Assembly (NCBI GenBank): GCA_963836205.1
Contig: CAWIIV010000006.1
Span: 288,001 to 352,000, forward strand
Source of the DNA: an uncultured Acidimicrobiia bacterium
GTDB lineage: Bacteria; Actinomycetota; Acidimicrobiia; Acidimicrobiales; AC-14
Reading direction: 5' to 3'
Length of the DNA: 64,000 bases
The notes below the pieces were generated by a model that searched no databases, was not told where the DNA came from, and saw only the letters and a program-made list of their open reading frames with translations. The position numbers were made by a program, and so were the translations under genes. Below are positions 1 through 13,131 of this stretch, in pieces. Within the stretch, counting starts at the first letter, position 1; each line of letters begins with the position of its first letter.

Positions 1-996
1 CGCCAGCGCCTCCAACGTCGTCCGCACCACGTTGACCTCCGGTTGCTGCGCCGTCAGCGACGCCCCTGCCGTCTGGACGTGGAAGCGGCAGCGCAGCGAA
101 CGCTCGTCGGTGGCACCGTAGCGGTCGCGCAGCCAGCGGGCCCACAGGCGGCGGGCGGCCCGGAACTTGGCGATCTCCTCGAAGAAGTCGATCTGGGCGT
201 TGAAGAAGAAGCTCAGCCGGGGGGCGAAATCGTCGACCGCCAGCCCGCTGGCCACCGCCGCCTCCACGTAGGCGAAGCCGTTGCCGAGGGTGAAGGCCAG
301 CTCCTGCACCGCCGTCGAGCCCGCTTCCCGGATGTGGTAGCCCGACACCGAAAGGGGGTGCCACTGCGGCATCTCCGCCGTGCACCAGGCGACCACGTCG
401 GTGACCAGCCGCACCGACGGCCGGGGCGGGAAGAGGTATTCGTTCTCCGCCTGGTACTCCTTCAGGATGTCGTTCTGGACGGTGCCCCGCAGCGCCGTCC
501 GGGGCACGCCCGCCTTCTCCGCCGCCACCACGTACATGGCCAGGACGATGGCGGCCGGGGAGTTGATCGTCATCGACGTAGACACCCGCCCGAGGTCGAT
601 GCCTGCGAACAGCACCTCCATGTCGGCCAACGTGTCGACGGCCACGCCGCAGCGTCCGACCTCGCCGCTCGACAGGGGGTCGTCGGAATCCCGGCCCATC
701 AGGGTGGGCAGGTCGAAGGCGATCGACAGGCCGTCGCCGCCGGCGTCGAGGAGGGCCCGGATGCGCTCGTTCGACTCCGTCGCCGACCCGAAGCCGGCGA
801 ACATGCGGTGGGTCCACAACTTCGACCGGTACATCGACGCGTACGGTCCCCGGGTGTACGGGAACACCCCCGGCCACTCGCCGTCGTCGGGTCCGTAGGC
901 CGCCTCCAGGGGGATTCCGGACGACGTCGACGGGGCCGGGGCGCGGGCCGGCGGCGCCGCCTCGTACCCCCGCCGCCAGTCGTCGCGGCCGGACAT
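1..996 (-). CDS. B12-dependent acyl-CoA mutase large subunit (methylmalonyl/isobutyryl-CoA mutase family), 3' end outside window
   Basis: Not in the ORF track; hand translation from ATG at 996 gives MSGRDDW...[29 protein letters not shown]...[17 protein letters not shown]...[12 protein letters not shown]...[10 protein letters not shown]...[19 protein letters not shown]...[15 protein letters not shown], all hallmark MCM-family motifs. Confidence 0.93.
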   Translation of the reverse strand, partial: MSGRDDWRRGYEAAPPARAPAPSTSSGIPLEAAYGPDDGEWPGVFPYTRGPYASMYRSKLWTHRMFAGFGSATESNERIRALLDAGGDGLSIAFDLPTLMGRDSDDPLSSGEVGRCGVAVDTLADMEVLFAGIDLGRVSTSMTINSPAAIVLAMYVVAAEKAGVPRTALRGTVQNDILKEYQAENEYLFPPRPSVRLVTDVVAWCTAEMPQWHPLSVSGYHIREAGSTAVQELAFTLGNGFAYVEAAVASGLAVDDFAPRLSFFFNAQIDFFEEIAKFRAARRLWARWLRDRYGATDERSLRCRFHVQTAGASLTAQQPEVNVVRTTLEALA

Positions 997-1031
997 AGGG
1001 GCAGGGTACAGCCACCGCTAATGTCCAGGTC

Positions 1032-2288
1032 ATGTCCTCGACCTCTGCCCCCCGCACCATCGCCATGCTCGTCGGCGGCGGTCCCGCGCCCGGCCTCAAC
1101 GGCGTCATCAACTCGGTCACCCTGAGCGCCCGGGCCCGGGGGTGGCGGGTCCTCGGCGTCCCCAAGGGCTTCTCCCAGCTCATGGTGGGCGACGTGTCGG
1201 GCGTCCGCGAGCTGACTGAGGCCGACGTCGACGGCATCGCCACCAAGGGCGGCAGCGTCCTCTACACGGCCCGGGCCAACCCCACCAAGAAGCAGGAGGA
1301 CCTCGACGCGGTGGTGGCCGCTCTCGGCAAGCTGGGGGTCACCGACCTGGTCACTCTCGGGGGCGACGACACCGCCTCCAGCGCGGTGAAGGTGGCGGGT
1401 GCCTTCGGCGGAGAGATGCGAGCCGTCCACGTCCCCAAGACGATCGACAACGACCTCCCCCTACCCCTGGAGGCGCCCACCTTCGGCTACGAGACGGCCA
1501 AGTACTGGGGCGCGGAGCTGCTCAAGAACCTGCTGGCCGACGCCAAGACCACCAGCCGCTGGTACATGGTCACGGCCATGGGGCGCTCGGCCGGGCACCT
1601 GGCGGTGGCCATGGCCATCGGGTCGGGGTCGCACCTGGTGTCGATCCAGGAGGAGTTCCCGCCGGGGGCGATCACCGTGGCCCAGGTGGCCGACATGGTG
1701 GAGGCCGCCATCCTCAAGCGCATGGTCGCCGGTGAGGGTTGGGGCCTGGCCGTGCTGGCCGAGGGCCTGCTCGACCAGATGTCGGAAGAGGAGATGTCGC
1801 AGTACGTCACCGAGTACGACGAGCACGGCCATCCTCGCCTGTCGGAGATCGACCTGGGCAAGATCGTCCGCGACGTGGTCGCCGCCCGCTTCAAGGAGCG
1901 GGGCGTGAAGATGGCCTTCATCACCAAGATCATCGGCTACGAGCTGCGCTGCGCCGACCCCATCGCCTTCGACGTCCAGTACACCCGCACGCTCGGATAC
2001 GGCGCGGTCGAGTTCCTGGCCAACGGGTCGGGGAACGCCTTGATCTCGTTGCAGGCGGGCAAGCTCGTCCCGATCGACTTCGCCGACCTCCAGGACCCGT
2101 CCACCGGGAAGGTGCGGGTGCGCAAGGTCGACGTCGACGGCGGTGTGTGGCAGGCGGCGCTGGCCCTCCAGTCCCGGTTGCGGGCGGGCGATCTCGAGGG
2201 CGACTCGCTGGAGGCCCTGGTGGCGGTGTCCAAGGAGGACGGCGCGGCCCTGGCCGCCCGCTTCGCCGGGCTGGTCGGCCAGGGTTAG
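1032..2288 (+). CDS. pfp: 6-phosphofructokinase family, probably PPi-dependent
   Basis: GGGPAPGLN, GGDDT, PKTIDND, MGRSAG, IGYELR motifs; the GGDD plus PKTIDND combination is the PPi-type signature. Confidence 0.88.
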   Translation: MSSTSAPRTIAMLVGGGPAPGLNGVINSVTLSARARGWRVLGVPKGFSQLMVGDVSGVRELTEADVDGIATKGGSVLYTARANPTKKQEDLDAVVAALGKLGVTDLVTLGGDDTASSAVKVAGAFGGEMRAVHVPKTIDNDLPLPLEAPTFGYETAKYWGAELLKNLLADAKTTSRWYMVTAMGRSAGHLAVAMAIGSGSHLVSIQEEFPPGAITVAQVADMVEAAILKRMVAGEGWGLAVLAEGLLDQMSEEEMSQYVTEYDEHGHPRLSEIDLGKIVRDVVAARFKERGVKMAFITKIIGYELRCADPIAFDVQYTRTLGYGAVEFLANGSGNALISLQAGKLVPIDFADLQDPSTGKVRVRKVDVDGGVWQAALALQSRLRAGDLEGDSLEALVAVSKEDGAALAARFAGLVGQG

Positions 2289-3469
2289 CTGGTACTCCCG
2301 TCGAGCACCGATCGCAGGCCGGGCGGGGTCAGGCGCGAGAGCAGCTGCACCGCCCGGGCCTGGGCCCGGTGGCGATCGACGGCCGTGGCCTGGGCCAGGG
2401 ATGCCCGCCCACCCCAGTCCACCTGCTGCGCCATGCGAGCCGCCTCCACCTCGGCCAGGCGGAGGGCGGCGCCGCCGGAGCTCACCGACGCCGACCACAG
2501 GAGGGGACTCTTGGCCGCCCGCTCGGCAGTGGCCATCATGGGCACGTCGTAGCGCCGCAGCTCGCCGGTGGCCATCAGGATCCGGGGGTTGGCGGCGAGG
2601 TCGTCGACGACGACGGTGGCGGTGGCCGCGGCCAGGGCGTCGGCCACCCACTGGTCGAGGATGGGCTTGGGATTGACCGCCGCCCCGCCGCCGGGATGGA
2701 TCTCGAAGTGGACGTGGGCCGGTCCTCCGGCGGCGTTGCCGGTGGCGCCGGTGAAGCCGACCACCTCGCCCTGTTCGACCGTGTCGCCGGTGTGGAGGCC
2801 GGGCGCAAAGCCGGCCAGGTGAGTCATGTAGTAATAGGTGCCGTCGTCGCCGGTGACGTAGACCGAGATCCCGCCCACCACCTCGCCGGTGAGCTCGACC
2901 TGGCCCCGGGATGGGGCCCGCACCGGGGTGCCGTGGTCGGCCCAGATGTCGTTGCCCTGGTGGTAGTGGGGCGTGGGGTTGTAGCGGGGATCGCGGAAGT
3001 CGTCGCTCCACGTGGCCAGGCCCGCCACCGGGAACTGCCCCATCCCCAGCACGAACACCTCCTGTTCGCTGAAGCCGAGGGCGGTACGGGGCCGGAGGGC
3101 TTCGAGGAGGGCATCGGTGCTGCTGTCACCGGTGCGCGGCCGGGTGTCGAGGGGCAGGTCGAAGACAGGCGGGTCGCCGGTCTCGGCCCCACCGTCGCCC
3201 ACCGGGGGTACGGCGGACGGATCGGGGGCCGGGGTCGTGGCTCCGTCGGTCGGCGGAGCAGGGACCACCGTCGTCGAGTCCGAGGGCTGCTCGACCGGCG
3301 GCGGGGTGGTAGTCGTCGTCGGCTCGGTGACGGGCGGAGGCGGCGTGGTCGTGGTGGAGTCGACCTGGCCCCGGACGCCGGCCGCTCGCGCCGGCCCCGC
3401 CCCAGTCGCGGCCAGGACGACGGCCACCGCCACCGCGACCAGGACCACGACCGAACGGCGATGAGACAT
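2285..3469 (-). CDS. Secreted M23 family metallopeptidase with Thr/Pro-rich linker
   Basis: Signal-like N-terminus (MSHRRSVVVLVAVAVAVVLAA), HQGND (HxxxD), YYYMTHL, GATGNA, HVH motifs. Confidence 0.85.
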   Translation of the reverse strand: MSHRRSVVVLVAVAVAVVLAATGAGPARAAGVRGQVDSTTTTPPPPVTEPTTTTTPPPVEQPSDSTTVVPAPPTDGATTPAPDPSAVPPVGDGGAETGDPPVFDLPLDTRPRTGDSSTDALLEALRPRTALGFSEQEVFVLGMGQFPVAGLATWSDDFRDPRYNPTPHYHQGNDIWADHGTPVRAPSRGQVELTGEVVGGISVYVTGDDGTYYYMTHLAGFAPGLHTGDTVEQGEVVGFTGATGNAAGGPAHVHFEIHPGGGAAVNPKPILDQWVADALAAATATVVVDDLAANPRILMATGELRRYDVPMMATAERAAKSPLLWSASVSSGGAALRLAEVEAARMAQQVDWGGRASLAQATAVDRHRAQARAVQLLSRLTPPGLRSVLDGSTS

Positions 3470-3500
3470 GGCTCTGGCCACCCCCAGGGCCGCCGCGTCC

Positions 3501-4310
3501 CTACCCATCCCCGGCGTGGCGCCACACGCCGCGCTTGGCGGCCCAGGAGTCGAAGGCGGCCACCAGGTGGTCGTCGGTGCCGAGGTCGTGCTCGCCGTCG
3601 GCCACCACGATGTCGCTGAGCTGCGCCGCGTCGGCGTCGGCCCATCCCCGGGCCACGCCCACCACCTGCCCGTCGCGGCGGGCGGTGATGGTGACCGGCT
3701 CCCGCCGTTGGCGCAGGAACCCGTCGGCCGACGGGTCGGTCTGCTCGGAGACGGTGAGCTCCACCGGCAGGCCGCCCCGTCCGATCACCGCCGGCGGGGC
3801 GAAGGGGAAGTCGGCGATCGGGCCCCACACCCGGCCCGGCCCTTCCTCGAGCAGGTGGAGGCGGTCGAAGTCGATGTCGACGTGGTAGCCGGAGAGGGCC
3901 TGGCGGGCGGCCTCGATCCGCTCCGGAGACACCTCGTCGGCCACGGTGACGTGGGGGACGAACGGCCAGGTGAGGGGCCGGGCGAGGGGGTCCTTGAACA
4001 CCCGGTCACGCGCCGCCAGCACCGCCTCGGTCCCCGACGTCACCGGGAGGTAGAGGACGGGGTTGTCGGGCAGGAACGTGGTGGGGGCGCCGAGCCCGAC
4101 CCGGAACGGCTTGGTCGCGCCGGCCGCCTCCCGCAGGAGGGCGAGGGCGTCGTCGAAGCGGTCGGCCCGCACGTTGACCGGGGGGACCAGGGTGAGGTGG
4201 GCCGGAACCCGCCCGTAGGTGCCGTCACCCACCGCCCGCCGGAGGCCGTCGATCTCGCGGTCGACCGGTGTCGGGATGAGCAGGACGACACCGACGCGGA
4301 AGCGCGACAT
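3501..4310 (-). CDS. 2H phosphoesterase (2'-5' RNA ligase family) with short GNAT-like C-terminal extension
   Basis: Two HxT motifs (PAHLTL, VPHVTV); start moved to the ATG at 4310 (MSRFRVGVV). Confidence 0.8.
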   Translation of the reverse strand: MSRFRVGVVLLIPTPVDREIDGLRRAVGDGTYGRVPAHLTLVPPVNVRADRFDDALALLREAAGATKPFRVGLGAPTTFLPDNPVLYLPVTSGTEAVLAARDRVFKDPLARPLTWPFVPHVTVADEVSPERIEAARQALSGYHVDIDFDRLHLLEEGPGRVWGPIADFPFAPPAVIGRGGLPVELTVSEQTDPSADGFLRQRREPVTITARRDGQVVGVARGWADADAAQLSDIVVADGEHDLGTDDHLVAAFDSWAAKRGVWRHAGDG

Positions 4311-4317
4311 CGCCGGA

Positions 4318-5208
4318 CTAGGCCGCCATCGCCATCGCCAGTTGGGCGAGGACGTCGTCGGGCCGGTACCGGATGTCGGCCCAAGTGAACTGCAGGATCC
4401 GCCAGCCGAGGGCGAGCAGCCGGTTGAGCTTGCGACAGTTGCGCTGCAGGTCGTCCGCCCCGGAGTGGAAGGCCAGCCCTTGGACCTCGACGCCGAGCTT
4501 CCGAGCCGGACAGGCGAAGTCGAGCCGCACCCCGCCGACCTGGTACTGACGCTCGAAGTCGTCGATGCCCGCCTGCCGCAAGAGCCCCGCCATCCTGTCC
4601 TCGAGCACGCTCTCGGTAGCCGCCGCCCCCGCCCCCCGCTCCTCCAACACCCGCCGCAACGCGGCAACGCCGCTGCGCCCCGGCCGCCCGTGCCGCTCGA
4701 CCATCTCCGCCAGTCGCTCGACGGTGGTGAGCCGGCGGAGGATCGCGTCCTCCACCGCCGACTCGAAACGGTCGGGCGAGACAACGGCCCCCAGCACGAG
4801 CAGCGTGGCCGCCGGGCTCGTGACCGGAATCCCCCGTCTGGTCGTGAGAGCGTCGGGCGACCGCCGATGCAGGACCACGTCGTGAAGCCTCGGACACCGG
4901 TCGGCAGGCACGGTGACCTCCACCGGCGCCTGCTCGAAGCCCCTGAGGGCCCACAGCACCGCGGCGCTGCGATGCGACGCGGCCGCTCCGACCCCTGCCG
5001 CCATGCAGGCAGCCAGCACCCGCTGCTCCCACGTGACCGGAGCACCCGCCAGGCGGACGACGTTGGGCTGCGTCCGCACGTAGAGGCCTGACTTCGCTCG
5101 CGTCTGGAACTGGCGCGTCGTCATTCCCAGGGCAACGGCCTGGTCCCGGTGGACCAGGCTTCGCTGACGAGCGGCCACCCGGGCCACGGCGACATCAACC
5201 GAATTCAC
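4318..5208 (-). CDS. AbiEi-like N-terminal domain plus DUF559/Vsr-like nuclease-fold protein
   Basis: AARQRSLVHR...ASHRSAAVLW...GIPVTSPAATL...ESVLE...QYQV...RLDFACP...KLGVEVQG..FH...LGWRILQFTW pattern typical of actinobacterial DUF559 proteins; start uncertain (5208 or 5238). Confidence 0.8.
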   Translation of the reverse strand: MNSVDVAVARVAARQRSLVHRDQAVALGMTTRQFQTRAKSGLYVRTQPNVVRLAGAPVTWEQRVLAACMAAGVGAAASHRSAAVLWALRGFEQAPVEVTVPADRCPRLHDVVLHRRSPDALTTRRGIPVTSPAATLLVLGAVVSPDRFESAVEDAILRRLTTVERLAEMVERHGRPGRSGVAALRRVLEERGAGAAATESVLEDRMAGLLRQAGIDDFERQYQVGGVRLDFACPARKLGVEVQGLAFHSGADDLQRNCRKLNRLLALGWRILQFTWADIRYRPDDVLAQLAMAMAA

Positions 5209-5261
5209 GACGAAAAGTGAACCACGGACGAGAGACACCGACCTGCGCCGAGGTTTCCGGC

Positions 5262-5310
5262 GCTTTGTGAAGCAAAAACGACATGGGAGGTCGCTTTTGC
5301 TTCAGAAAGC
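5262..5310. repeat. AT-rich imperfect inverted repeat (21-bp arms, 19/21 match, 7-nt loop)
   Basis: gctttgtgaagcaaaaacgac-atgggag-gtcgcttttgcttcagaaagc between atpC and the DUF559 gene. Confidence 0.85.
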
Positions 5311-5482
5311 ACGCAGACCGCCGGCCGACCAGCCGAGCTGGGCAGTCGCGCCAGATCGGGTCGGCCCGGGTGGGGCTGGTACACGCCGGCCGGCGGGCCA
5401 CCCAGGCGGCTGGGAGAAGGGCCGGCGGGGTGCCTGGAGCCGGGGGCGGGCGCAGGAACGGCCGTCGCGGCGAGGGGGCCGG

Positions 5483-5871
5483 TCAGCGGCTCCCGCGTTC
5501 GGCGGCGGCGAGGCGGGTGTTGGCCCGGCGGAGGGCGGCCTCGGCCTCGGCGTCGTCCATGCCCGACTCCTTGCGCTCGGCCGCCTCCTTGGCCCGGCGG
5601 GCCCGCTCGACATCGACCTGGCTGGCCAGCTCGGCCACGTCGGAGAGCACGATCACCCGGTTGTCGCGCACCTCCACGAACCCTCCGTGGACAGCGGCCA
5701 CCTCCTCGCCGGAACTGGTCTTGATCCGCACCAAGCCGTCGCCCAGTGCGCCCAGGAAGGGTGCGTGGCCGGCCAGAAAGGCGATCTCACCCCCGTCGAC
5801 CGTTCGCGCCACCACCATCTCGGCCTCGCCCGAGAACAGGATCCGCTCCGGCGACACCAACTCGACGTGCA

Positions 5872-5872
<1 letters not shown>
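5483..5872 (-). CDS. atpC: F1Fo ATP synthase epsilon subunit
   Basis: HVELVSPERILFSGEA...GHAP...AVHGGFVEV; last gene of the atp operon. Confidence 0.96.
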
Positions 5873-9950
<4,078 letters not shown>

Positions 9951-9951
<1 letters not shown>

Positions 9952-10478
9952 TACATCGCTTCCTTCAGGAGTTCGAGCTTGTGGCGGACGCTGCCGTCGA
10001 TGACGACGTCGCCCACCCGGGCCACGATGCCGCCCATCACCGACGGGTCGACGATCACCCGCAGGTCGACGGGCTGGCCGAGCATGGTGCCGAGGGCGGT
10101 GGTGAGTCGCTTGAGCTGGTCCTCGTTGAGGGGGACCGCGGAGCGGACCTCGGCCACCGCCCGCTGCCGCTCGGCCGCCACCATCGCCAACAGGGCGGTG
10201 ACGATCTCCGGCAGCTCGCGGATGCGACCCAGCCCGACCAGCAACGACACCATCTGGACGGTGATGCGCGACGCCCGGTCGGCGAGGAGGTCCTCGATCG
10301 CGGCCTGGCGCCGGTCGACCGGCATGGTGGAGTTGCCCAGCGCGTCGCGCAGGGCCTCCGACCGCTCGAGGAGGGCGGAGACCCGGTGAAGCTCGTCGCT
10401 CACCCGGTCGACGGAGTCCTCGGCCAAGGCCAATGCGAACAGGCCGGCGGCGTACCCGTCGATCCGCTTGGTCGTCAT
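9951..10478 (-). CDS. atpH: F1Fo ATP synthase delta subunit
   Basis: GYAAGLF...VRSAVPL...[22 protein letters not shown]; operon position. Confidence 0.93.
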
Positions 10479-10491
10479 GGGCGCTCGCTCA

Positions 10492-11061
10492 TCAGCCCGC
10501 CGGCTGCCGGGAGGCTTGCTCGATGAAGCTCTCGATGAGGGCCATGTTGGTGTCACGGTCGAGGTTGCGCTCGACGACCTTCTCGGCCAGGTCGATGGTG
10601 AGGCGGGCCACCTCGGTGCGGAGGTTGGCCTTCACCCGCTCGACGTGGGCGTTGATGTCGGCCGTGGCCCGCTCCCGGATCTCGGCCACCTCGGTCTCGG
10701 CCTGCTTCTTCAGCTCCTGGCGCACCCGGTCGGCGTCCTGACGGGCGGCCTCGATGATGCGGGCCGCCTCGGTGCTGGCGTCGGCCAGCTTGCGCCGGTA
10801 CTCCTCGAGGATGGTGTCGGCCTCGTCCTTGGCCTTCTCCGCCTCGGCCAGGCTGGCCTTGATCTTCTCGGCCCGGGCGTCCATGCCCTTCTTGACCGCG
10901 GGGAAGCCCTTCTTGACCATGAAGAACAGGAGGATGGCGAACGACAGCGCCCCCCAGATGATCTCGTTGGTGGCGGGGAGGATCGGGTTGACCTTCTCCT
11001 CGGCCTCGGCGACGTGCTCACCCGCCTCCTGGGCGAAGGCGAGGACGGTGGCGATCATCAT
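10492..11061 (-). CDS. atpF: Fo subunit b
   Basis: NPILPATNEIIWG + one TM helix + Ala/Glu/Lys-rich coiled coil; operon position. Confidence 0.94.
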   Translation of the reverse strand: MMIATVLAFAQEAGEHVAEAEEKVNPILPATNEIIWGALSFAILLFFMVKKGFPAVKKGMDARAEKIKASLAEAEKAKDEADTILEEYRRKLADASTEAARIIEAARQDADRVRQELKKQAETEVAEIRERATADINAHVERVKANLRTEVARLTIDLAEKVVERNLDRDTNMALIESFIEQASRQPAG

Positions 11062-11072
11062 GTCGCCGCCTC

Positions 11073-11348
<276 letters not shown>

Positions 11349-12143
11349 CTAGTGCTCTGGGTGCATGGCCCCGCCGATGTAGACGGCGGTGAGAATGGTG
11401 AAGATGAACGCCTGCAGCCCGGCGACGAGGATCTCGAAGCCTGTGAGCAGGACCAGCATGATGAACGGCAACGGCAGGATCACCGCGAGCAGCGTCTTGC
11501 TGAAGAGGGCGGCCGACAGCACCGCGAAGGTGACCAGCAACAGGTGGCCGGCGAGCATGTTGGCGAAGAGCCGGACGGCCAGCGAGAAGGGCCGGACGAT
11601 GAAGGTGGAGATGAACTCGATGAGCGCCACGAGGGGCAGGATGCCCTTGGGCACGCCCGGCGGCATGACGACCGACTTGAGGTAGCCGATCGGTCCCTGG
11701 GCCTTGATCCCCATGAAGTTGTAGATGCACCACACGACGACGGCGAGGAAGATCGGCAGGGCCATGCGGGCGTTCACGGGGAACTGGATGCCGGGGATGA
11801 CCTCGAACAGGTTGGTCACGAAGATGAAGAAGAACATCGTCGTGAGGAACGGGGCGAAGCGCATCCCGTCGTTGCCCATCGTCTGCAGGATGATGTCCTT
11901 GCGGACGAACTCGATGCCCGACTCGGCGATGTGCTGCACCCCGGCGGGGACCAGGTTGCCCGACTTGATGCCGATCGCCGACTTACGTCCCGCAGCCCAG
12001 AACAGCCCGCCCACGATGAGCACGCCGGCCCACATGAGGAGGACGACCTTGTTGACCTCGAAGGCCGTGCCCTTGAGGAACAGGCCCTCCCACTCCACCA
12101 GCTCCTTGATGGGAGGGAAATGGAGCGCCAGGATCGAGGTCAT
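11349..12143 (-). CDS. atpB: Fo subunit a
   Basis: RPFSLAVRLFANMLAGH, FEILVAGLQAFIFTILTAVY. Confidence 0.96.
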   Translation of the reverse strand: MTSILALHFPPIKELVEWEGLFLKGTAFEVNKVVLLMWAGVLIVGGLFWAAGRKSAIGIKSGNLVPAGVQHIAESGIEFVRKDIILQTMGNDGMRFAPFLTTMFFFIFVTNLFEVIPGIQFPVNARMALPIFLAVVVWCIYNFMGIKAQGPIGYLKSVVMPPGVPKGILPLVALIEFISTFIVRPFSLAVRLFANMLAGHLLLVTFAVLSAALFSKTLLAVILPLPFIMLVLLTGFEILVAGLQAFIFTILTAVYIGGAMHPEH

Positions 12144-12616
12144 CGTCCCCTTCCTGCATCTTTGGGCCTTCCAGCTCTTGAGACGGAAGTCGGCTTGAGG
12201 GCCGGAAAGGCGAGGGAGGCGGATATGTGGCGGGTCTCCCAGATGAGCAGGCCCAGGTGGGTGACGACGAGGGTGAGGGAGAGGGCAACCAGGTCGACCC
12301 AGCCCTGGTCCTTGACCAGGATGACGACGCCGGTGAGCACGGCCAGGCGGATCACGAAGCCGCCCAGGGCAGCCACCATCAGCAGGGGGAGGGAGATGCG
12401 GGCGGCGGTGGCCAACAGCCAGGCGGACGCGGCCAGGTTGGCCAGCACCAGGAGGATGGCGAAGGCGGCCGAGGTGGCGCCGTCGACGCCCCACACCAGG
12501 CCGGCGACGAGCACGAGCACTGGCACCGCGGGCAGGACGCGCCGGGCCATGTCGAGGGCCACCTGGGGCTCGACGGCGGGGCCGTGATCGGCGGTGAGGA
12601 GGGGGGTCTGGGTCAT
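12140..12616 (-). CDS. atpI: ATP synthase subunit I (membrane accessory protein)
   Basis: Four hydrophobic segments, directly upstream of atpB with overlapping stop/start. Confidence 0.8.
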   Translation of the reverse strand: MTQTPLLTADHGPAVEPQVALDMARRVLPAVPVLVLVAGLVWGVDGATSAAFAILLVLANLAASAWLLATAARISLPLLMVAALGGFVIRLAVLTGVVILVKDQGWVDLVALSLTLVVTHLGLLIWETRHISASLAFPALKPTSVSRAGRPKDAGRGR

Positions 12617-12909
12617 CAATCAGGGGTCCGAGCAGGGGCCTGCTTGGCCCACGGCCCGTCCTGCTCGTGAACCTTCATGCGGGCGTCGTAGCCGTACCAC
12701 ATCGTGGCGATGAGTCCGATCATGGCGGTGAGAAAGAAGACGATGGTCAGGACAGGGACGATGCCCAGGAGGCGGTCGAGCAGGTAGCCGAAGGCAGCGA
12801 AGATCGGAGGCGTCAGCGCAAGCTCGAACGACCGCGACAGACTGTCGCCGAAGCCCCGGTACAACTCGCCCTGCTCACCCTGCTCGCGACCTTGCAAACC
12901 GACTGACAT
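12616..12909 (-). CDS. AtpZ/AtpI-family small membrane protein
   Basis: ELALTPPIFAAFGYLLDRLLGIVPVLTIVF (GxxLDxxxG motif); first gene of the operon, TGATG coupling to atpI. Confidence 0.8.
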   Translation of the reverse strand: MSVGLQGREQGEQGELYRGFGDSLSRSFELALTPPIFAAFGYLLDRLLGIVPVLTIVFFLTAMIGLIATMWYGYDARMKVHEQDGPWAKQAPARTPD

Positions 12910-12913
12910 CCCC

Positions 12914-12959
12914 TTGTGAAACAACGCGCAATCTACGGGACACGCCCCCGAAACCGCAA
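12914..12959 (-). promoter_or_regulatory. Putative sigmaA promoter of the atp operon with an overlapping Rex-like operator
   Basis: Minus strand TTGCGG-N18-TAGATT (12959-12930); plus strand TTGTGAA-ACAA-CGCGCAA at 12914-12931 resembles TTGTGAA-N4-TTCACAA. Confidence 0.5.
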
Positions 12960-13131
12960 ACTGACCAGGCAGCGCCGACCGACGTCCACCACGCCGACCC
13001 TCACTCGGTGTTCGCTGGCGACTCCACCCCAGGCCGATTTCGCCGAGTGCCTCCGGTGGGGCTGATCCGCCGGTCGGCGGTAGGCACCGGACTCTCCTCG
13101 CCACGGGCAGGAGGTGGCGGTACCGTGTGAC

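Noticed and set aside
4318-5208. Complete type IV (AbiE) toxin-antitoxin or defence system
   Set aside because: No nucleotidyltransferase toxin partner is adjacent; the neighbour is a 2H phosphoesterase.
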